Shown: positions 1 through 10,816, counted from the first letter of the stretch. The stretch is 64,000 bases of DNA from Syntrophales bacterium (GCA_963668175.1 OY764159.1:3168001-3232000); one strand, 5' to 3'. Notes: generated by a model not told the origin, from the letters alone. Made by a program: numbers and translations.

Positions 1-184
1 GTTCGACATCGGCGTATATACCCGTAATGAGAGCATCTTTGCTATCGAAGTAACGGTAGATCGTCCCCGTCCCGACGCCCGCCTTCTCGGCAACCAGGGA
101 CATGGGTGTGCCATGGAAGCCGTGTTCGGCGATGAGGTCTAAGGCTGCATTCACGATATGGTCGCGCTTCTGCGATGATTTCAT
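1..184 (-). CDS. TetR/AcrR family transcriptional regulator (5' part; runs off window)
   Basis: Manual translation MKSSQKRDHIVNAALDLIAEHGFHGTPMSLVAEKAGVGTGTIYRYFDSKDAL is a TetR HTH; not in the ORF track. Confidence 0.92.
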   Translation of the reverse strand, partial: MKSSQKRDHIVNAALDLIAEHGFHGTPMSLVAEKAGVGTGTIYRYFDSKDALITGIYADVE

Positions 185-202
185 AGTCTATCGCCCCAAA
201 AG

Positions 203-220
203 GGAATGATCGTTCATTCC
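203..220. promoter_or_regulatory. Palindromic operator, probably TetR autoregulation
   Basis: GGAATGA-TCGT-TCATTCC, perfect 7-bp inverted repeat 19 nt upstream of the tetR start. Confidence 0.7.
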
Positions 221-315
221 TTTATACCTCCTGAGATGCGCTGTCAAGTAATTTATCGGAAGCATTACAAAAAAGTGATATGTGGATTGCGGCCGCGCTA
301 ACGCTGCCAAAGCCG

Positions 316-642
316 TTACCCGTGGATACGGGGATCGCGGTCATCCGTGGTGATCCAGAAAACATGCTCCACCAGGCCGAATCGTCTGAGTGTATCGGCA
401 AGAAAAAGGCCGGTGGCGCTTTTTCCCTCTACAGCGGCTTTTTCCTGCCAGTGCAGAACTACCGCCAGGTCTCCTGTGTCTGCGGCACCGATGTAGAGCC
501 CCGCCTTTGCCGGCAGCGAGACGGCGACATCACGGCAGAATATCTTCATATACGACCTCGCCTGTTCCGCAGCATTACCCGATGTCCGCAGTGAGATGAT
601 CTCCAGTCTGTTCATCCTGTCGTACCCGTCCATTTGTTCCAT
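316..642 (-). CDS. Hypothetical protein (start may be 615)
   Basis: 108-aa ORF with protein-like composition; sigma54-type promoter directly upstream. Confidence 0.6.
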   Translation of the reverse strand: MEQMDGYDRMNRLEIISLRTSGNAAEQARSYMKIFCRDVAVSLPAKAGLYIGAADTGDLAVVLHWQEKAAVEGKSATGLFLADTLRRFGLVEHVFWITTDDRDPRIHG

Positions 643-656
643 CCAGTTCGGATATT

Positions 657-672
657 TGCAGGAATCATGCCC
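657..672 (-). promoter_or_regulatory. Sigma54 (-24/-12) promoter
   Basis: Minus strand GGGCATGATTCCTGCA, GG-N10-GC spacing. Confidence 0.55.
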
Positions 673-1052
673 GATGAGGCGGCTGTCATTTCGACACTCC
701 TGAGAATCAGCTTGTATTTATCCATTATTCTTATGAATTTACGAGATTCGCTCCTCTACATTCAGGAAACGGCCTGACATACGATCTCTTCAGTATGTCG
801 TGTCCGGGCGGACAAACGAACCGTCCGTTTCCGGTTCGGTATCTTCGCATCAGACGCCGCTGCAAATCCGCCGAAGCCCCCCGCGGAGGATTCAGTCCGG
901 GAGCTATGGGCACTCCTGCCTTTTCGGCCGCGATCAAACTCCGACATAGTCGTTTGCAGCAACCCATAAATGTGATAGGGAATACGGAACGGCAACGCGG
1001 TCCGCAGATTTAATCGGGCGGCATCTTAAGACTTTACTGGGAGGGAAAAGTC

Positions 1053-1598
1053 ATGAAGAGAGCACTTTTGGTCATTGATGTTCAGAACGAGTACTTCACC
1101 GGCAAGATTCCCGTTACGCACCCGGCAGGCAGCCTGAACAATATCCTGTCCGCGATGGACTTTGCCAATACCCGCGGCATACCAACCATCGTCGTTCAGC
1201 ATTCGGCGCCGCCAGACAGCCCGGTCTTTGCGAAAGGATCGGAAGGATGGAACCTGCATCCGGAGGTTGCTTCCCGCCATCACGATCATCTCGTCGAAAA
1301 ACAACTTCCCGGAAGTTTCACCGGTACGGACCTGGAGCAATGGCTCAGGAACCGGCAAATCGACACGGTGGTTATAACGGGCTACATGACGCAGATGTGC
1401 TGCGACACAACGGCCCGCCAGGCATTCCACATGGGCATTGCCGTCGAATTCCTCTCCGACGCGACAGGGACGCTGTCCATCGCCAACGCCGCAGGAAGCG
1501 TCACCGCCGAGGAGCTTCACCGCGCCATCCTCGTCTCGCAGGCCATGCGTTTCAGCAAGGTCATGACCGCCGCAGAATGGATGGAGAATGCGGCGTAA
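1053..1598 (+). CDS. Isochorismatase-family cysteine hydrolase
   Basis: [27 protein letters not shown] motifs. Confidence 0.93.
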   Translation: MKRALLVIDVQNEYFTGKIPVTHPAGSLNNILSAMDFANTRGIPTIVVQHSAPPDSPVFAKGSEGWNLHPEVASRHHDHLVEKQLPGSFTGTDLEQWLRNRQIDTVVITGYMTQMCCDTTARQAFHMGIAVEFLSDATGTLSIANAAGSVTAEELHRAILVSQAMRFSKVMTAAEWMENAA

Positions 1599-1652
1599 CC
1601 GCTCGCATTGCACGCCATGAATACCCAGGCAGGAAAAATGAGGACATAGCGC

Positions 1653-2153
1653 ATGGATGACATTACTGTCCGGTCCGCAGAAGCGTTCGATTATCACCCC
1701 ATCATAACCGTACTGAACGACTGGTGGGGAGGGCGGATGATGAGCGATATGCTGCCCAAGCTTTTCTTCATCCATTTTCGTGACACGAGCCTGGTAGCGG
1801 AAAGGGACGGAACAATCGTCGGATTTCTCGTCGGCTTCAAGTCGCAGACGCATCCCGAACAGGCCTATATCCACTTTATCGGCGTTCATCCCGATTATCG
1901 CGGGCGAGGGCTGGCAAGACAGCTATACGGGCAGTTTATGGATATTGTCCGGCAGCGCGGTTGCCGGACTGTTCACTCCGTAACCTCGCCTATCAACAGA
2001 ACATCCATCGCCTTTCATCAATGTATGGGCTTTACGATAGAATCGGGCAACAAGATCGTCGACGGCATCTCCGTCGCTGAAAATTACGACGGACATGGCG
2101 GCGACAGGGTTTTGTTTGTCAAGAATCTCGTCACGGTTCATTCCCGGCAATGA
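1653..2153 (+). CDS. GNAT family N-acetyltransferase
   Basis: IGVHPDYRGRGLA motif A; N..SIAFH..MGF motif B. Confidence 0.92.
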   Translation: MDDITVRSAEAFDYHPIITVLNDWWGGRMMSDMLPKLFFIHFRDTSLVAERDGTIVGFLVGFKSQTHPEQAYIHFIGVHPDYRGRGLARQLYGQFMDIVRQRGCRTVHSVTSPINRTSIAFHQCMGFTIESGNKIVDGISVAENYDGHGGDRVLFVKNLVTVHSRQ

Positions 2154-2323
2154 CGTCCGCTGACCGGCATGAATAGGCCTTCTGAGAATGGATAAGTCTT
2201 CGCTATTGTGCGGATGGGAGCAATGACACCCAGCCGGTCAAGACGGTTTATTGAAAATGGGAATCCCGGGGAGGGAAGGATTCTTTCCCCGCTGGTTTTG
2301 TTTGCTGCCGCGGCCAATCGGGT

Positions 2324-2364
2324 AGCCCGTTCCGGCTTCATTCGACGCCGGAACGGGCTTTTTT
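2324..2364 (+). terminator. Rho-independent terminator
   Basis: AGCCCGTTCCGGC...GCCGGAACGGGCT followed by a T run, between convergent operons. Confidence 0.75.
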
Positions 2365-2399
2365 AAATATCTTGAGACGCTAAAGTTCCCGGAGCGGTG

Positions 2400-3179
2400 C
2401 TACTTCTTCGCCGCCCTGGCCGCCGCAAGCTTTGCCTGGAGGGCATCGATGCGCTGGTGGTTGTCCTCGGAGCCGATATACGTCCTGAACAGCCATTCCT
2501 GGACCTTCATGGCACCGTCAAGGTCTTCGTCCAGAATGTGGTTCGCAAGCTGCTTCGTCTCCTTCAGGCACATACGGTCGTAGGAGGCCATCTCCTTCGC
2601 GATCGCCATGACAGACGTCAGCAACTGCCCTTCCGGGAACACCTTCGTCACGTAGCCCATCTTCTCCGCCTCGTACGCATCGTAGATACGGCCCGTCAGC
2701 GCCACTTCCTTCGCACGGCCCAGACCGATGATACGCCACAGCGGGTCCATGATCGGCGTCAGAGACAGAACGATCTCACGCTGACCGAACTTCGCCCGTT
2801 CGGACGCATACCGGATATCGCACATCAAGGTCAGGTCGAATCCGCCCGCGATCGCCGGCCCGCCAACGGCGCAGATCACCGGCTGCTCGCAGAACATGAT
2901 CGCACGGTACGCTCGGTGGAACAGCGCCGTGTAGTCCTCGTTCGAGACCTTCTCCAGCTTCCGGATGATCGTGAGATCGAAGCCCGCCGAGAAGTACTTC
3001 TCGCCGCCCGTGAACACGACCACGTTCACGTCCTGACGCTTCGCGATCTCCGTAAAGATATATTCCACTTCCTGAAGAACCTCGGGCGCCAGCGCATTCC
3101 CCTTGTCGGGACGATGGATCGTTACGGTCGCCACCTTGTCTTCCACATTCAACAGCAGATACTTCATGTCCATAAGCAT
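2400..3179 (-). CDS. Enoyl-CoA hydratase/isomerase family protein
   Basis: FSAGFDL, AIAGGFDLTLMCDIRYA, FGQRE crotonase motifs. Confidence 0.95.
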   Translation of the reverse strand: MLMDMKYLLLNVEDKVATVTIHRPDKGNALAPEVLQEVEYIFTEIAKRQDVNVVVFTGGEKYFSAGFDLTIIRKLEKVSNEDYTALFHRAYRAIMFCEQPVICAVGGPAIAGGFDLTLMCDIRYASERAKFGQREIVLSLTPIMDPLWRIIGLGRAKEVALTGRIYDAYEAEKMGYVTKVFPEGQLLTSVMAIAKEMASYDRMCLKETKQLANHILDEDLDGAMKVQEWLFRTYIGSEDNHQRIDALQAKLAAARAAKK

Positions 3180-3196
3180 ACTCCTCTATTCTATGA

Positions 3197-4336
3197 TTAG
3201 CGCAAATACTCCGCCGCAGCCATGATACGCTGGATCTCGTTTACGCCCTCGTAGATCTCCGCCAGCTTCATGTCGCGGAAGATCCGCTCCACGTTGAACT
3301 CCTTCGAATACGAAAACGCGCCCAACACCTGCATCGCGTTGCTCGCCACACGGTGGCAAGCCTGCGACACAAACAGCCGCGTCCGCGCAGACTTGAACAG
3401 GATATCCTGCTTCTGGGACTTGTGGTACGCCGTCGCATACGTATAGTAACGCGCCGCCTCCACGTCCGAAGACATCTCGCCCAGAAGCCACTGGATCGTC
3501 TGGAAACTCGTGATCGGCTTGCCACGCTGCACGCGCTCCTTCGCATACTTGATCGCTTCCTCGAACGCGCCCTGCGCCATGCCCACGCATTCCGCGGATA
3601 TGCCCAGCTTGCCGATCGCGATCTCCGTCGTCAGGATCTTGAAGCCCTTGCCCCGGTTCGCCTCGCCGCCCGTCGTGTTCTCGATCGGCACCCGAACGTC
3701 TTCAAGGACCACATCGGCCACTTCCATCCCGTTCATGCCCATCTTCTCCACCAGCTTCGGCGTCGAATAACCCTTCGCATCCTTCGGAACGATGATGTTC
3801 GTCACCTTACCGTCCTTCGCCACGTCCTTGCAGAATACAACGATGTAACCGGGAAGCGTCGAGTTCGTGATGAAGATCTTCTCGCCGTTGATCACCCATT
3901 CGTTGCCGTCCTGAACGCACGTCGTCTTGATGTTGTCCGGGTCCGATCCCGTCGACGGCTCCGTGAAGGCAAAACTCCCCACAGCCTCTCCCGCCACGAT
4001 CTGCGGCAGGTACTTCTTCTTCTGCTCCTCCGTCCCGAAGTCGTTGATCGTCCCCGCACAGAGGCAGTTCACCGAGATGTGGCCGCCGATCGAACAATAC
4101 ACCCGAGACAGCTCCTCGATCACCATCACATACTCCAGGTACGTGCTGCCAACCCCGCCGTACGCAGCAGGGTACTGTATCCCGTAAAAGCTCAGCTCCC
4201 GCATCTTCTTGATCAGCTCGCGGGGAGTACGCTTCTTCTCCTCCATCTCCGGGATCAAAGGGCGAATCTCCGTCTCCGCGAACTTCCGCGCGGTATCCCT
4301 GAACATCACTTGTTCTTCCGTCAAACCAAATTCCAT
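3197..4336 (-). CDS. Acyl-CoA dehydrogenase
   Basis: FAFTEPSTGSD, NGEKIFITN, IYEGVNEIQR. Confidence 0.96.
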   Translation of the reverse strand: MEFGLTEEQVMFRDTARKFAETEIRPLIPEMEEKKRTPRELIKKMRELSFYGIQYPAAYGGVGSTYLEYVMVIEELSRVYCSIGGHISVNCLCAGTINDFGTEEQKKKYLPQIVAGEAVGSFAFTEPSTGSDPDNIKTTCVQDGNEWVINGEKIFITNSTLPGYIVVFCKDVAKDGKVTNIIVPKDAKGYSTPKLVEKMGMNGMEVADVVLEDVRVPIENTTGGEANRGKGFKILTTEIAIGKLGISAECVGMAQGAFEEAIKYAKERVQRGKPITSFQTIQWLLGEMSSDVEAARYYTYATAYHKSQKQDILFKSARTRLFVSQACHRVASNAMQVLGAFSYSKEFNVERIFRDMKLAEIYEGVNEIQRIMAAAEYLR

Positions 4337-4381
4337 AGATTCCTCCAGTTATATGTTTAATCCAGATTCGATCCTTTTCTC

Positions 4382-5860
4382 TTAATACCAGGAACGCTTC
4401 GCACGGAAGATCCCCTTCGTCGATTCCTTCACCGGAATCCCCGCCAGCTTCTTCACCAGGTTCTTCGAATGCTCGATGTTGTGGTCGCGGTAGATAGCCA
4501 CCTTCTCGATCACGGGCGAACCCCCGCCGTGCAGCGCGTCGATCAGCTTGTGGCCGCCCCACGTCGACGTCATCATGTCCTGGAACAGACGGAACGCACG
4601 GTGCTGATCCTCGCCCGATACATCCGGATTCCTCATGATGTATTTCTCCAGGAACGGACCGATCTTCTTGTCCGCAAAATCCTCCTCCGCAGGCAGCGTA
4701 CAAGCCAAACCGCCAGCGATCGCCGCCAGGTGCTCGTACTCCTGGTAGATCGACTCGCCCGCCAGCATCCGGCCCGCGTTCACGTAGTTCGTATCCGGTA
4801 CGTACGTCCCCGAATCCGCACGCGTCGAATGGATCGCCGACGCAATCCCCGCCGCATAGATCAAATCCACGATCTGGATCATCTCCGCCAACGTATGACG
4901 AACATGGCCCGCATTGCCGATCCCGTTGTACTCCGCCGCCAGCGCCGTCGCTCCCAGAACAACCTCGGAAAGCGCCGCCTTGCAGCCCGTGTAGCTGTGT
5001 CGGTGGAACAACGCAAAATACAGCGCCGCCTTGCCCGCCTGCTCCGTCTCGCCGCACAAAAACACACGCTCCCACGGCACAAACACATGGTCCAATATCG
5101 TCAACGAATGCGAAAAACCGATGTTCGAATGCGGAGCCATCAGCTTTTGACGCTGAGGTGGATGGAACGGCGCATTCACCAGCGTCACGCCCTCCGCGTC
5201 CGCCGGAATCGCAAACGCCACCGCCCAGTCCGACTCGTCTTCCATCATGTTCCGGTAAGGCAAAAAGATGATCTCGTCCGCATACACCGACGCCGAGTTG
5301 TGCGCCTTCGCCCCGTTCACGATGATGCCGTCCGGCCTCTTCTCCACCACACGCACATACAAATCCGGGTCCTTCTGCTTCGCAGGACGCCACGCACGGT
5401 TACCCTTCGCGTCCGTCTGCGCACACACCAGACACAGGTCCTCTTTCTGCACCTTCTTCAGGTATTCCAGAAACCGCTTGTTGTACTCCGTCCCGTGCTT
5501 CTGGTCCGCATCGTACGTCGCAATCGACAGCGAGTTCAAGCCGTCCACGCCCATGCAGCGCTGGATGCAACCGCCCACTTCCTGGCAGTACAGACGCGTC
5601 ATCTTCTGCTTGTTCAAAAGGTCTTCCACGCTCTGATGGATATGCGTGTAGCGGTTGATCGTCTCGCCCGTCAGATGCGACTTCGTCACACCCACGCTCT
5701 CAAAATCCGGGTCCTTCACAAAATCGTACGTCGTCGTCATGACGTTGATGCCCCCGACGATCGACGGATCGAACCTGTCCACAAACTGCCCTCTCTGAAA
5801 TACATTCCGCCGCATCTTTGCAATGCGCTCCCTGTATTGCTTTCCCGTTATCATGTTCAT
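4382..5860 (-). CDS. abfD: 4-hydroxybutyryl-CoA dehydratase-like protein (HpaB/AbfD family, [4Fe-4S]/FAD)
   Basis: GGCIQRC and HRHSYTGCK (Fe-S ligand pattern of AbfD), QTDAKGNR, HGGGSP. Confidence 0.85.
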   Translation of the reverse strand: MNMITGKQYRERIAKMRRNVFQRGQFVDRFDPSIVGGINVMTTTYDFVKDPDFESVGVTKSHLTGETINRYTHIHQSVEDLLNKQKMTRLYCQEVGGCIQRCMGVDGLNSLSIATYDADQKHGTEYNKRFLEYLKKVQKEDLCLVCAQTDAKGNRAWRPAKQKDPDLYVRVVEKRPDGIIVNGAKAHNSASVYADEIIFLPYRNMMEDESDWAVAFAIPADAEGVTLVNAPFHPPQRQKLMAPHSNIGFSHSLTILDHVFVPWERVFLCGETEQAGKAALYFALFHRHSYTGCKAALSEVVLGATALAAEYNGIGNAGHVRHTLAEMIQIVDLIYAAGIASAIHSTRADSGTYVPDTNYVNAGRMLAGESIYQEYEHLAAIAGGLACTLPAEEDFADKKIGPFLEKYIMRNPDVSGEDQHRAFRLFQDMMTSTWGGHKLIDALHGGGSPVIEKVAIYRDHNIEHSKNLVKKLAGIPVKESTKGIFRAKRSWY

Positions 5861-6345
5861 TCCTCCTTAAAAGTTGATTTTAGGCCTATTTCCTCACGAA
5901 GGCATCGCCATCGATGCTGTTTCATGCTCCCGCCGTTTAAGCGGCTTCTTATTCTATGTATACGGCAATCTTCACAGCCTTGCGGATGACGGATGCCGGG
6001 TTTCTTTAAGTTTGAATAATGAGAAGACGGAAATGTTCCGCCTTCCATGCCCATATACGATGTCCAGTCTGTCAAAGACAGGCCGCGGTTCAAAGCCGTG
6101 TAACGGGAAGAGCGGATATTGCTCTGCCGCAACTTCAACGGCTTGATCTGCAGCGGCATGTCCTCGCATAACTTCATGGAAAAGATGCGGAGCTTTCCCT
6201 AAAGAGAAGAATGCTTGCGCAGGTGGTTACGAAAACATTTCAAAGACGCTTTTGTGCGGCCCCGGCGCCCGGCAGCGGCCGGGCTCATGCAGCGGCTCCC
6301 GGAACATGTGAAAGGCCGCGTCGTTCCGGGAAAGGCCGTTCTATC

Positions 6346-7380
6346 TTATTCGCTCTTAAAGATGACCTTGATGGCCTTCTCCTCGATACAGAGCTTGAAT
6401 CCCTTGTCCAGTTCGGCCAGCGGCAGGACATGGGTCACGACCTGACCGAAATTGATTCTTCCGTCCACGACCAACTCGGTCGCCCGGGTATAGTCGTCGA
6501 ACGTGTAGCAGAAAGAGCCTACGAGCGTATACTCGTTCCTCACGAGGGTCAGGAGATCGACATTTGCCGGTTCGTGGAAAATGCCCGCCACGACGACGGT
6601 CCCGTGAGGCAGAAGCATTTTGAAGCAGTCTTTGAAAACGACGGGGTTTCCCGTGGCCTCGACGATGACGTCGGCACCGCTCCTCCCCGTCAGCTTCCGG
6701 AAACGCTCCTGGACATCTTCCTTCCCGGCGTTGATCGTCAGGGCGCCGAGTTTCTTGGCCGCCTTAAGCCTGCTTTCCACCAGGCCGACCACCACGACGC
6801 TCCGGAACCCCATGAGTTTCAACAATTGCGCCGTGTAAAGACCGATGGGACCAGGCCCGTACACAAGAACCGTCCTGTCGATGCTGACCGCGCCTATTTT
6901 CTTTACGACGTTGTAGGCGACGGCGATGGGTTCGATCGATGCACCCTCGACGACGGAAAAACCCTTGGGCAGCGTATGGACGGTTGTCGCCTTGACCGCG
7001 ATATACTCGGCAAAGGCGCCGTCGACATGAATGCCGTATTCCGTCAGTTTTTCGCATTGGGCCTCGAAACCCCGGCGGCACGGCTCACAGAGGCCGCAAT
7101 TGATGATGATGCCGGGGGTGACCAGGTCGCCCATCGAGATATCCTGAACGCCGGGACCGACTTCTACGACCTCGCCGCAGAATTCGTGGCCGGGGACGAG
7201 CCCCTCCGGTACGTGCCTCTTACCGGCATAAATCCCGATATCCGTCCCGCAGATACCGACGGCCTTGACCTTGACCAGAACTTCACCGGGGCCTATTTTC
7301 GGCACCGGCAGAGTGGCGTGGGTAAAGCCGTATACGCCGTCCTTCTTAATCCAGGCGTCCATCTGGGTCTTCCGTTTCAT
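6346..7380 (-). CDS. Zn-dependent alcohol dehydrogenase (threonine/sorbitol dehydrogenase-like MDR)
   Basis: GICGTD, GHEFCG, CGLCEPC...C, GPGPIG. Confidence 0.94.
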   Translation of the reverse strand: MKRKTQMDAWIKKDGVYGFTHATLPVPKIGPGEVLVKVKAVGICGTDIGIYAGKRHVPEGLVPGHEFCGEVVEVGPGVQDISMGDLVTPGIIINCGLCEPCRRGFEAQCEKLTEYGIHVDGAFAEYIAVKATTVHTLPKGFSVVEGASIEPIAVAYNVVKKIGAVSIDRTVLVYGPGPIGLYTAQLLKLMGFRSVVVVGLVESRLKAAKKLGALTINAGKEDVQERFRKLTGRSGADVIVEATGNPVVFKDCFKMLLPHGTVVVAGIFHEPANVDLLTLVRNEYTLVGSFCYTFDDYTRATELVVDGRINFGQVVTHVLPLAELDKGFKLCIEEKAIKVIFKSE

Positions 7381-7423
7381 CTTTCTTCTCCCTCGCGCGA
7401 CATTGTAGATTGAGAACCCGGTT

Positions 7424-8134
7424 TTATATGCCCAGGTAAGCCTTCTTCAGGTATTCGTTGTTGAGAAGTTCCTCGCCGGTGCCCTTGATCACGATCTTGC
7501 CCGTCTCCAGAACGTTGCCGTGGTCCGCTATTCTCAGGGACTGTTTGACGTTCTGTTCGACCAGAAGGACCGTAATGCCCTGCTTCTTGATATCCTGGAT
7601 GATTTCAAAGACCTTTTCGACCATGACCGGCGACAGGCCCAGCGACGGCTCGTCGAACATCAGCACCTCCGGCTTCGCCATGAGTCCGCGGGCGATGGCG
7701 CACATCTGTTGCTCGCCTCCGGAAAGGGAACCTGCAAGCTGCTTTTCCCTCTCCTTGAGCTTGGGCAGGATCGTGTAGACCATTTCCAGCGTCTGCTTTC
7801 GCACTTTTCTGGCCTTGGACGTATAGGCGCCCAACTCCAGGTTCTCCAGGATGGTCATCTCCGGAAAGAGCTTCCGCCCTTCGGGGACCTGAATGACACC
7901 CAACTCTACGATCTTGTTGGGTTCCATGTTCTGGATGGCCTTGCCCTTGTATTCGATGGTCCCTTTACGGCACTTGTTGATCCCGGAGATCGTATTGATC
8001 GTCGTCGATTTTCCCGACGCATTCGATCCGACGAGAACGACGATCTCTCCCTGTTCGATGCTCATGGAAACCCCGTCCAGCACCTTGATGTCGCCATGGA
8101 AGACATCGATATCTTTTATGTTAAGCATTTCCAT
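7424..8134 (-). CDS. livF: Branched-chain amino acid-type ABC transporter ATPase
   Basis: GSNASGKST, LSGGEQQM, DEPSLGL. Confidence 0.93.
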   Translation of the reverse strand: MEMLNIKDIDVFHGDIKVLDGVSMSIEQGEIVVLVGSNASGKSTTINTISGINKCRKGTIEYKGKAIQNMEPNKIVELGVIQVPEGRKLFPEMTILENLELGAYTSKARKVRKQTLEMVYTILPKLKEREKQLAGSLSGGEQQMCAIARGLMAKPEVLMFDEPSLGLSPVMVEKVFEIIQDIKKQGITVLLVEQNVKQSLRIADHGNVLETGKIVIKGTGEELLNNEYLKKAYLGI

Positions 8135-8846
8135 GCTCCTTCCCTAGATAGGCCTCGATGACGACCGGGTTTCTGGAAATTTCCTCGGGCAATCCCTCGG
8201 AAATTTTTTCGCCGTGATCCAGGACAACGATCCGGTCCGACAGCGTCATGATGACCTTCATGATATGCTCGATCACGAATATCGTGATGCCGCGGTCCCT
8301 GATCTTGGAAATCACGATGAGGATTTCGTTGATCTCCGTCGGCGTGAGTCCGGCCATGACCTCGTCAAGCAGAAGGAGTTCCGGGTCCGTGGCCAGTGCC
8401 TTCGCCAGTTCCAGACGCTTGCGGTCGCCGATCGTCAAGTGCTTCCCGAGGCGCTTCTTCTTTTTCGCCAGATCGACGAACTCAAGCACTTCCTCCGCCT
8501 TCCGGGCCGCATCGCCCTTCTTGGGATGGCGGCAGAAAGCGGCGGCCATGACGTTGTCGAGAACGGTCATGTTCGCGAAGGGCTTCACCTTCTGAAACGT
8601 TCTTCCTATTCCCAGGTTGCAGGCATGATCGGGCAGGCAGCAGTTGCAGATTTCGCATCCATTGAACTGGATACTGCCGCTCGACGAGGGGAGCGAACCG
8701 GTAATGAGGTTGAAGACTGTCGTCTTTCCGGCGCCGTTCGGTCCGATAAGACCCAGAATTTCGCCGCGCTTTATATGGAAGTCCACGTTCTTCACGGCCG
8801 CGAGACCTCCAAAATATTTTGTCAATCCTTTGACTTCCAGAATCAT
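8121..8846 (-). CDS. livG: Branched-chain amino acid-type ABC transporter ATPase
   Basis: GPNGAGKTT, LLLLDEVMAGL, VIEAYLG. Confidence 0.93.
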   Translation of the reverse strand: MILEVKGLTKYFGGLAAVKNVDFHIKRGEILGLIGPNGAGKTTVFNLITGSLPSSSGSIQFNGCEICNCCLPDHACNLGIGRTFQKVKPFANMTVLDNVMAAAFCRHPKKGDAARKAEEVLEFVDLAKKKKRLGKHLTIGDRKRLELAKALATDPELLLLDEVMAGLTPTEINEILIVISKIRDRGITIFVIEHIMKVIMTLSDRIVVLDHGEKISEGLPEEISRNPVVIEAYLGKEHGNA

Positions 8847-9835
8847 TGTTTCACCTCTTGTCTCTTGGCGAACTTCGCCTTCAGGCGGCGAACCATGTCA
8901 TTGCCCCATACGACAACGCCTTCCGGCATCATAAGCACAACTACGATAAGGATCAGGCCGTAAATGGCAATGTGCAGACCCGAATAAGAGCCTCCCAGCC
9001 ATGCCCTCAGGAATTCTCCGAGGGGCGTCAGGATGAAGGCTCCAAGGATCGGGCCGACCACGGTCCCCAGGCCGCCGATGATGCTCATCAGGGCGAACTG
9101 CGTGGAAAGCTCCGCCGAGAACACGGTCCTTGGTTCGATGAACAGAATATATTGAGCGTAGAATACGCCTGCGACACCCGCGAAGAAGGCGCTGACCATG
9201 ACGGCATACAGTTTATACTTGGCTGTATTGATGCCGATGGCCCTTGCCGCTTCTTCGTCCTCCCGGAGGGAAAGCAGATAGTATCCCATTTTCGATGTCG
9301 CAATTTTATAGGTAATAAAAATCACGAGCAGAAGCAGAACCAGCATGATGTAGTAATACCAGATTTTTTCACGAAACATGAGATTCCAGAAGCCGGGTTT
9401 GAAGGGAATGAGGAGCCCGACCGCCCCTCCCGTCAATTCGCGGAAGTAGCTGGCCAGGATGGATACGACTTCGCCGAAGGCGATAGTCGCCAGGGTAAAG
9501 AAAGGCCCGCGCAGCCGGAAACAGGGATAACTGATACCGCTTGCAACGGCCATGGCCAGAAAGCCTCCGCAAAGAAGGCCTATCCAGGGACTGACGCCCA
9601 TCTTCAGATAGAGAATCGTCGACGTGTAAGCCCCGATTCCGAAAAAGGCGGCATGTCCCAGGGAAATCTGCCCGGCGATCCCGCCGATGATGTTCCAGGA
9701 CGCCGTCAGGGTCGCCCAGAAGAATATCATGATCAGGTTGTGGAGATAGAAATTGTTCCTGACGAACAGCGGTATCAGCATCAGGGCCGCGCCGAATAAC
9801 ACAAAATAAATAAGGTATTTTCTGTCTTTAGTCAT
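8843..9835 (-). CDS. livM: Branched-chain amino acid-type ABC transporter permease
   Basis: GQISLGHAAFFGIGAY, REDEEAARAIGIN. Confidence 0.93.
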   Translation of the reverse strand: MTKDRKYLIYFVLFGAALMLIPLFVRNNFYLHNLIMIFFWATLTASWNIIGGIAGQISLGHAAFFGIGAYTSTILYLKMGVSPWIGLLCGGFLAMAVASGISYPCFRLRGPFFTLATIAFGEVVSILASYFRELTGGAVGLLIPFKPGFWNLMFREKIWYYYIMLVLLLLVIFITYKIATSKMGYYLLSLREDEEAARAIGINTAKYKLYAVMVSAFFAGVAGVFYAQYILFIEPRTVFSAELSTQFALMSIIGGLGTVVGPILGAFILTPLGEFLRAWLGGSYSGLHIAIYGLILIVVVLMMPEGVVVWGNDMVRRLKAKFAKRQEVKQ

Positions 9836-9841
9836 AGTTGA

Positions 9842-10717
9842 TCACGTCGCCTCCGCTCCACGGACGCCGAAGAGACCGTTGGGTCTAAACAGCAGTACCA
9901 AGATGAAAAGAATAAAATAGATCGCTTCCTTGAGGGTCGGATCGACGTACGTGCCGCTGATGGATTCCACCAGTCCGATCAGGAGACCGCCAATGAAGGC
10001 TCCTTTCATATCCCCCATGCCGCCCAGGACGACCACGACGAAGGAGGTAATCCCGAAATACGTTCCCACCGACGGGAAAACATAGTAGACGGGCAGAAGG
10101 ACGCAGCCGGCAAAACCGAGGCAGGCCGTTCCCAGTCCGAAAGCCAGAAGGTAGATCCGTTTAACGTTGATGCCCATCAGGAGCGCCGCTTCGCGGTTCT
10201 GCGAAACGGAACGCAACGCCTTTCCTGCATACGTATATTTCAAGAAATAGAAGAAGCCGATACTGACCGCCATGGCGATGATGAATGTAACCAGGCGGGG
10301 ATAGCTGAAGACGATGGGACCGATATCGTAGTTGATGCTCTGATAGGCCGTCCGGACCGTCCGGTAATCCGCCTTCCACAAGAAGAGTGCCATATTCGAA
10401 AGTACGAGGCCAACGCCGACGGTGGCGAAGATCTGCATGGCATCAGGGGCTTTCAGGATTGGGTTAATGACGATTTTCTGGGTGGCTACGCCGAGGAAAA
10501 ACATGGCCGGAACGACAAGCACGACGGAGAGATACGGATCCAGGTGGAGGAGAGTAAAAGACCAGAAGGCCAGATACATCGCGATCATTAGGAACTCGCC
10601 GTGGGCAAAATTGATGACTTTGACGATACCGAATATCAGTGTCAATCCTATACTAATCAGAGAATAAATGCCGCCCAGTAAAATACCGGATACAACAACT
10701 TGCATGAATTGTACCAA
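9842..10717 (-). CDS. livH: Branched-chain amino acid-type ABC transporter permease
   Basis: GLTLIFG..VINFAHGEF, VVVLGGMG. Confidence 0.93.
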   Translation of the reverse strand: MVQFMQVVVSGILLGGIYSLISIGLTLIFGIVKVINFAHGEFLMIAMYLAFWSFTLLHLDPYLSVVLVVPAMFFLGVATQKIVINPILKAPDAMQIFATVGVGLVLSNMALFLWKADYRTVRTAYQSINYDIGPIVFSYPRLVTFIIAMAVSIGFFYFLKYTYAGKALRSVSQNREAALLMGINVKRIYLLAFGLGTACLGFAGCVLLPVYYVFPSVGTYFGITSFVVVVLGGMGDMKGAFIGGLLIGLVESISGTYVDPTLKEAIYFILFILVLLFRPNGLFGVRGAEAT

Positions 10718-10816
10718 TGGTTTTTACTCCTCTCTGCTGCAATAAATCGCCGTCAGGCCCCCCGCTGCATCCTACGCGGGAGGCCTAAGCGAAATGCGAT
10801 TTTTATGGCATTTTGG

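Noticed and set aside
2397..5989. Long antisense and alternate-frame ORFs (e.g. 3353-4360, 3807-5393, 4469-5989)
   Set aside because: Shadow ORFs of GC-rich, codon-biased genes; no recognisable motifs
5861..6345. Short ORFs or possible pseudogene between abfD and the ADH gene
   Set aside because: No recognisable homology or RBS; a + strand MPIYD... frame stops after 18 codons
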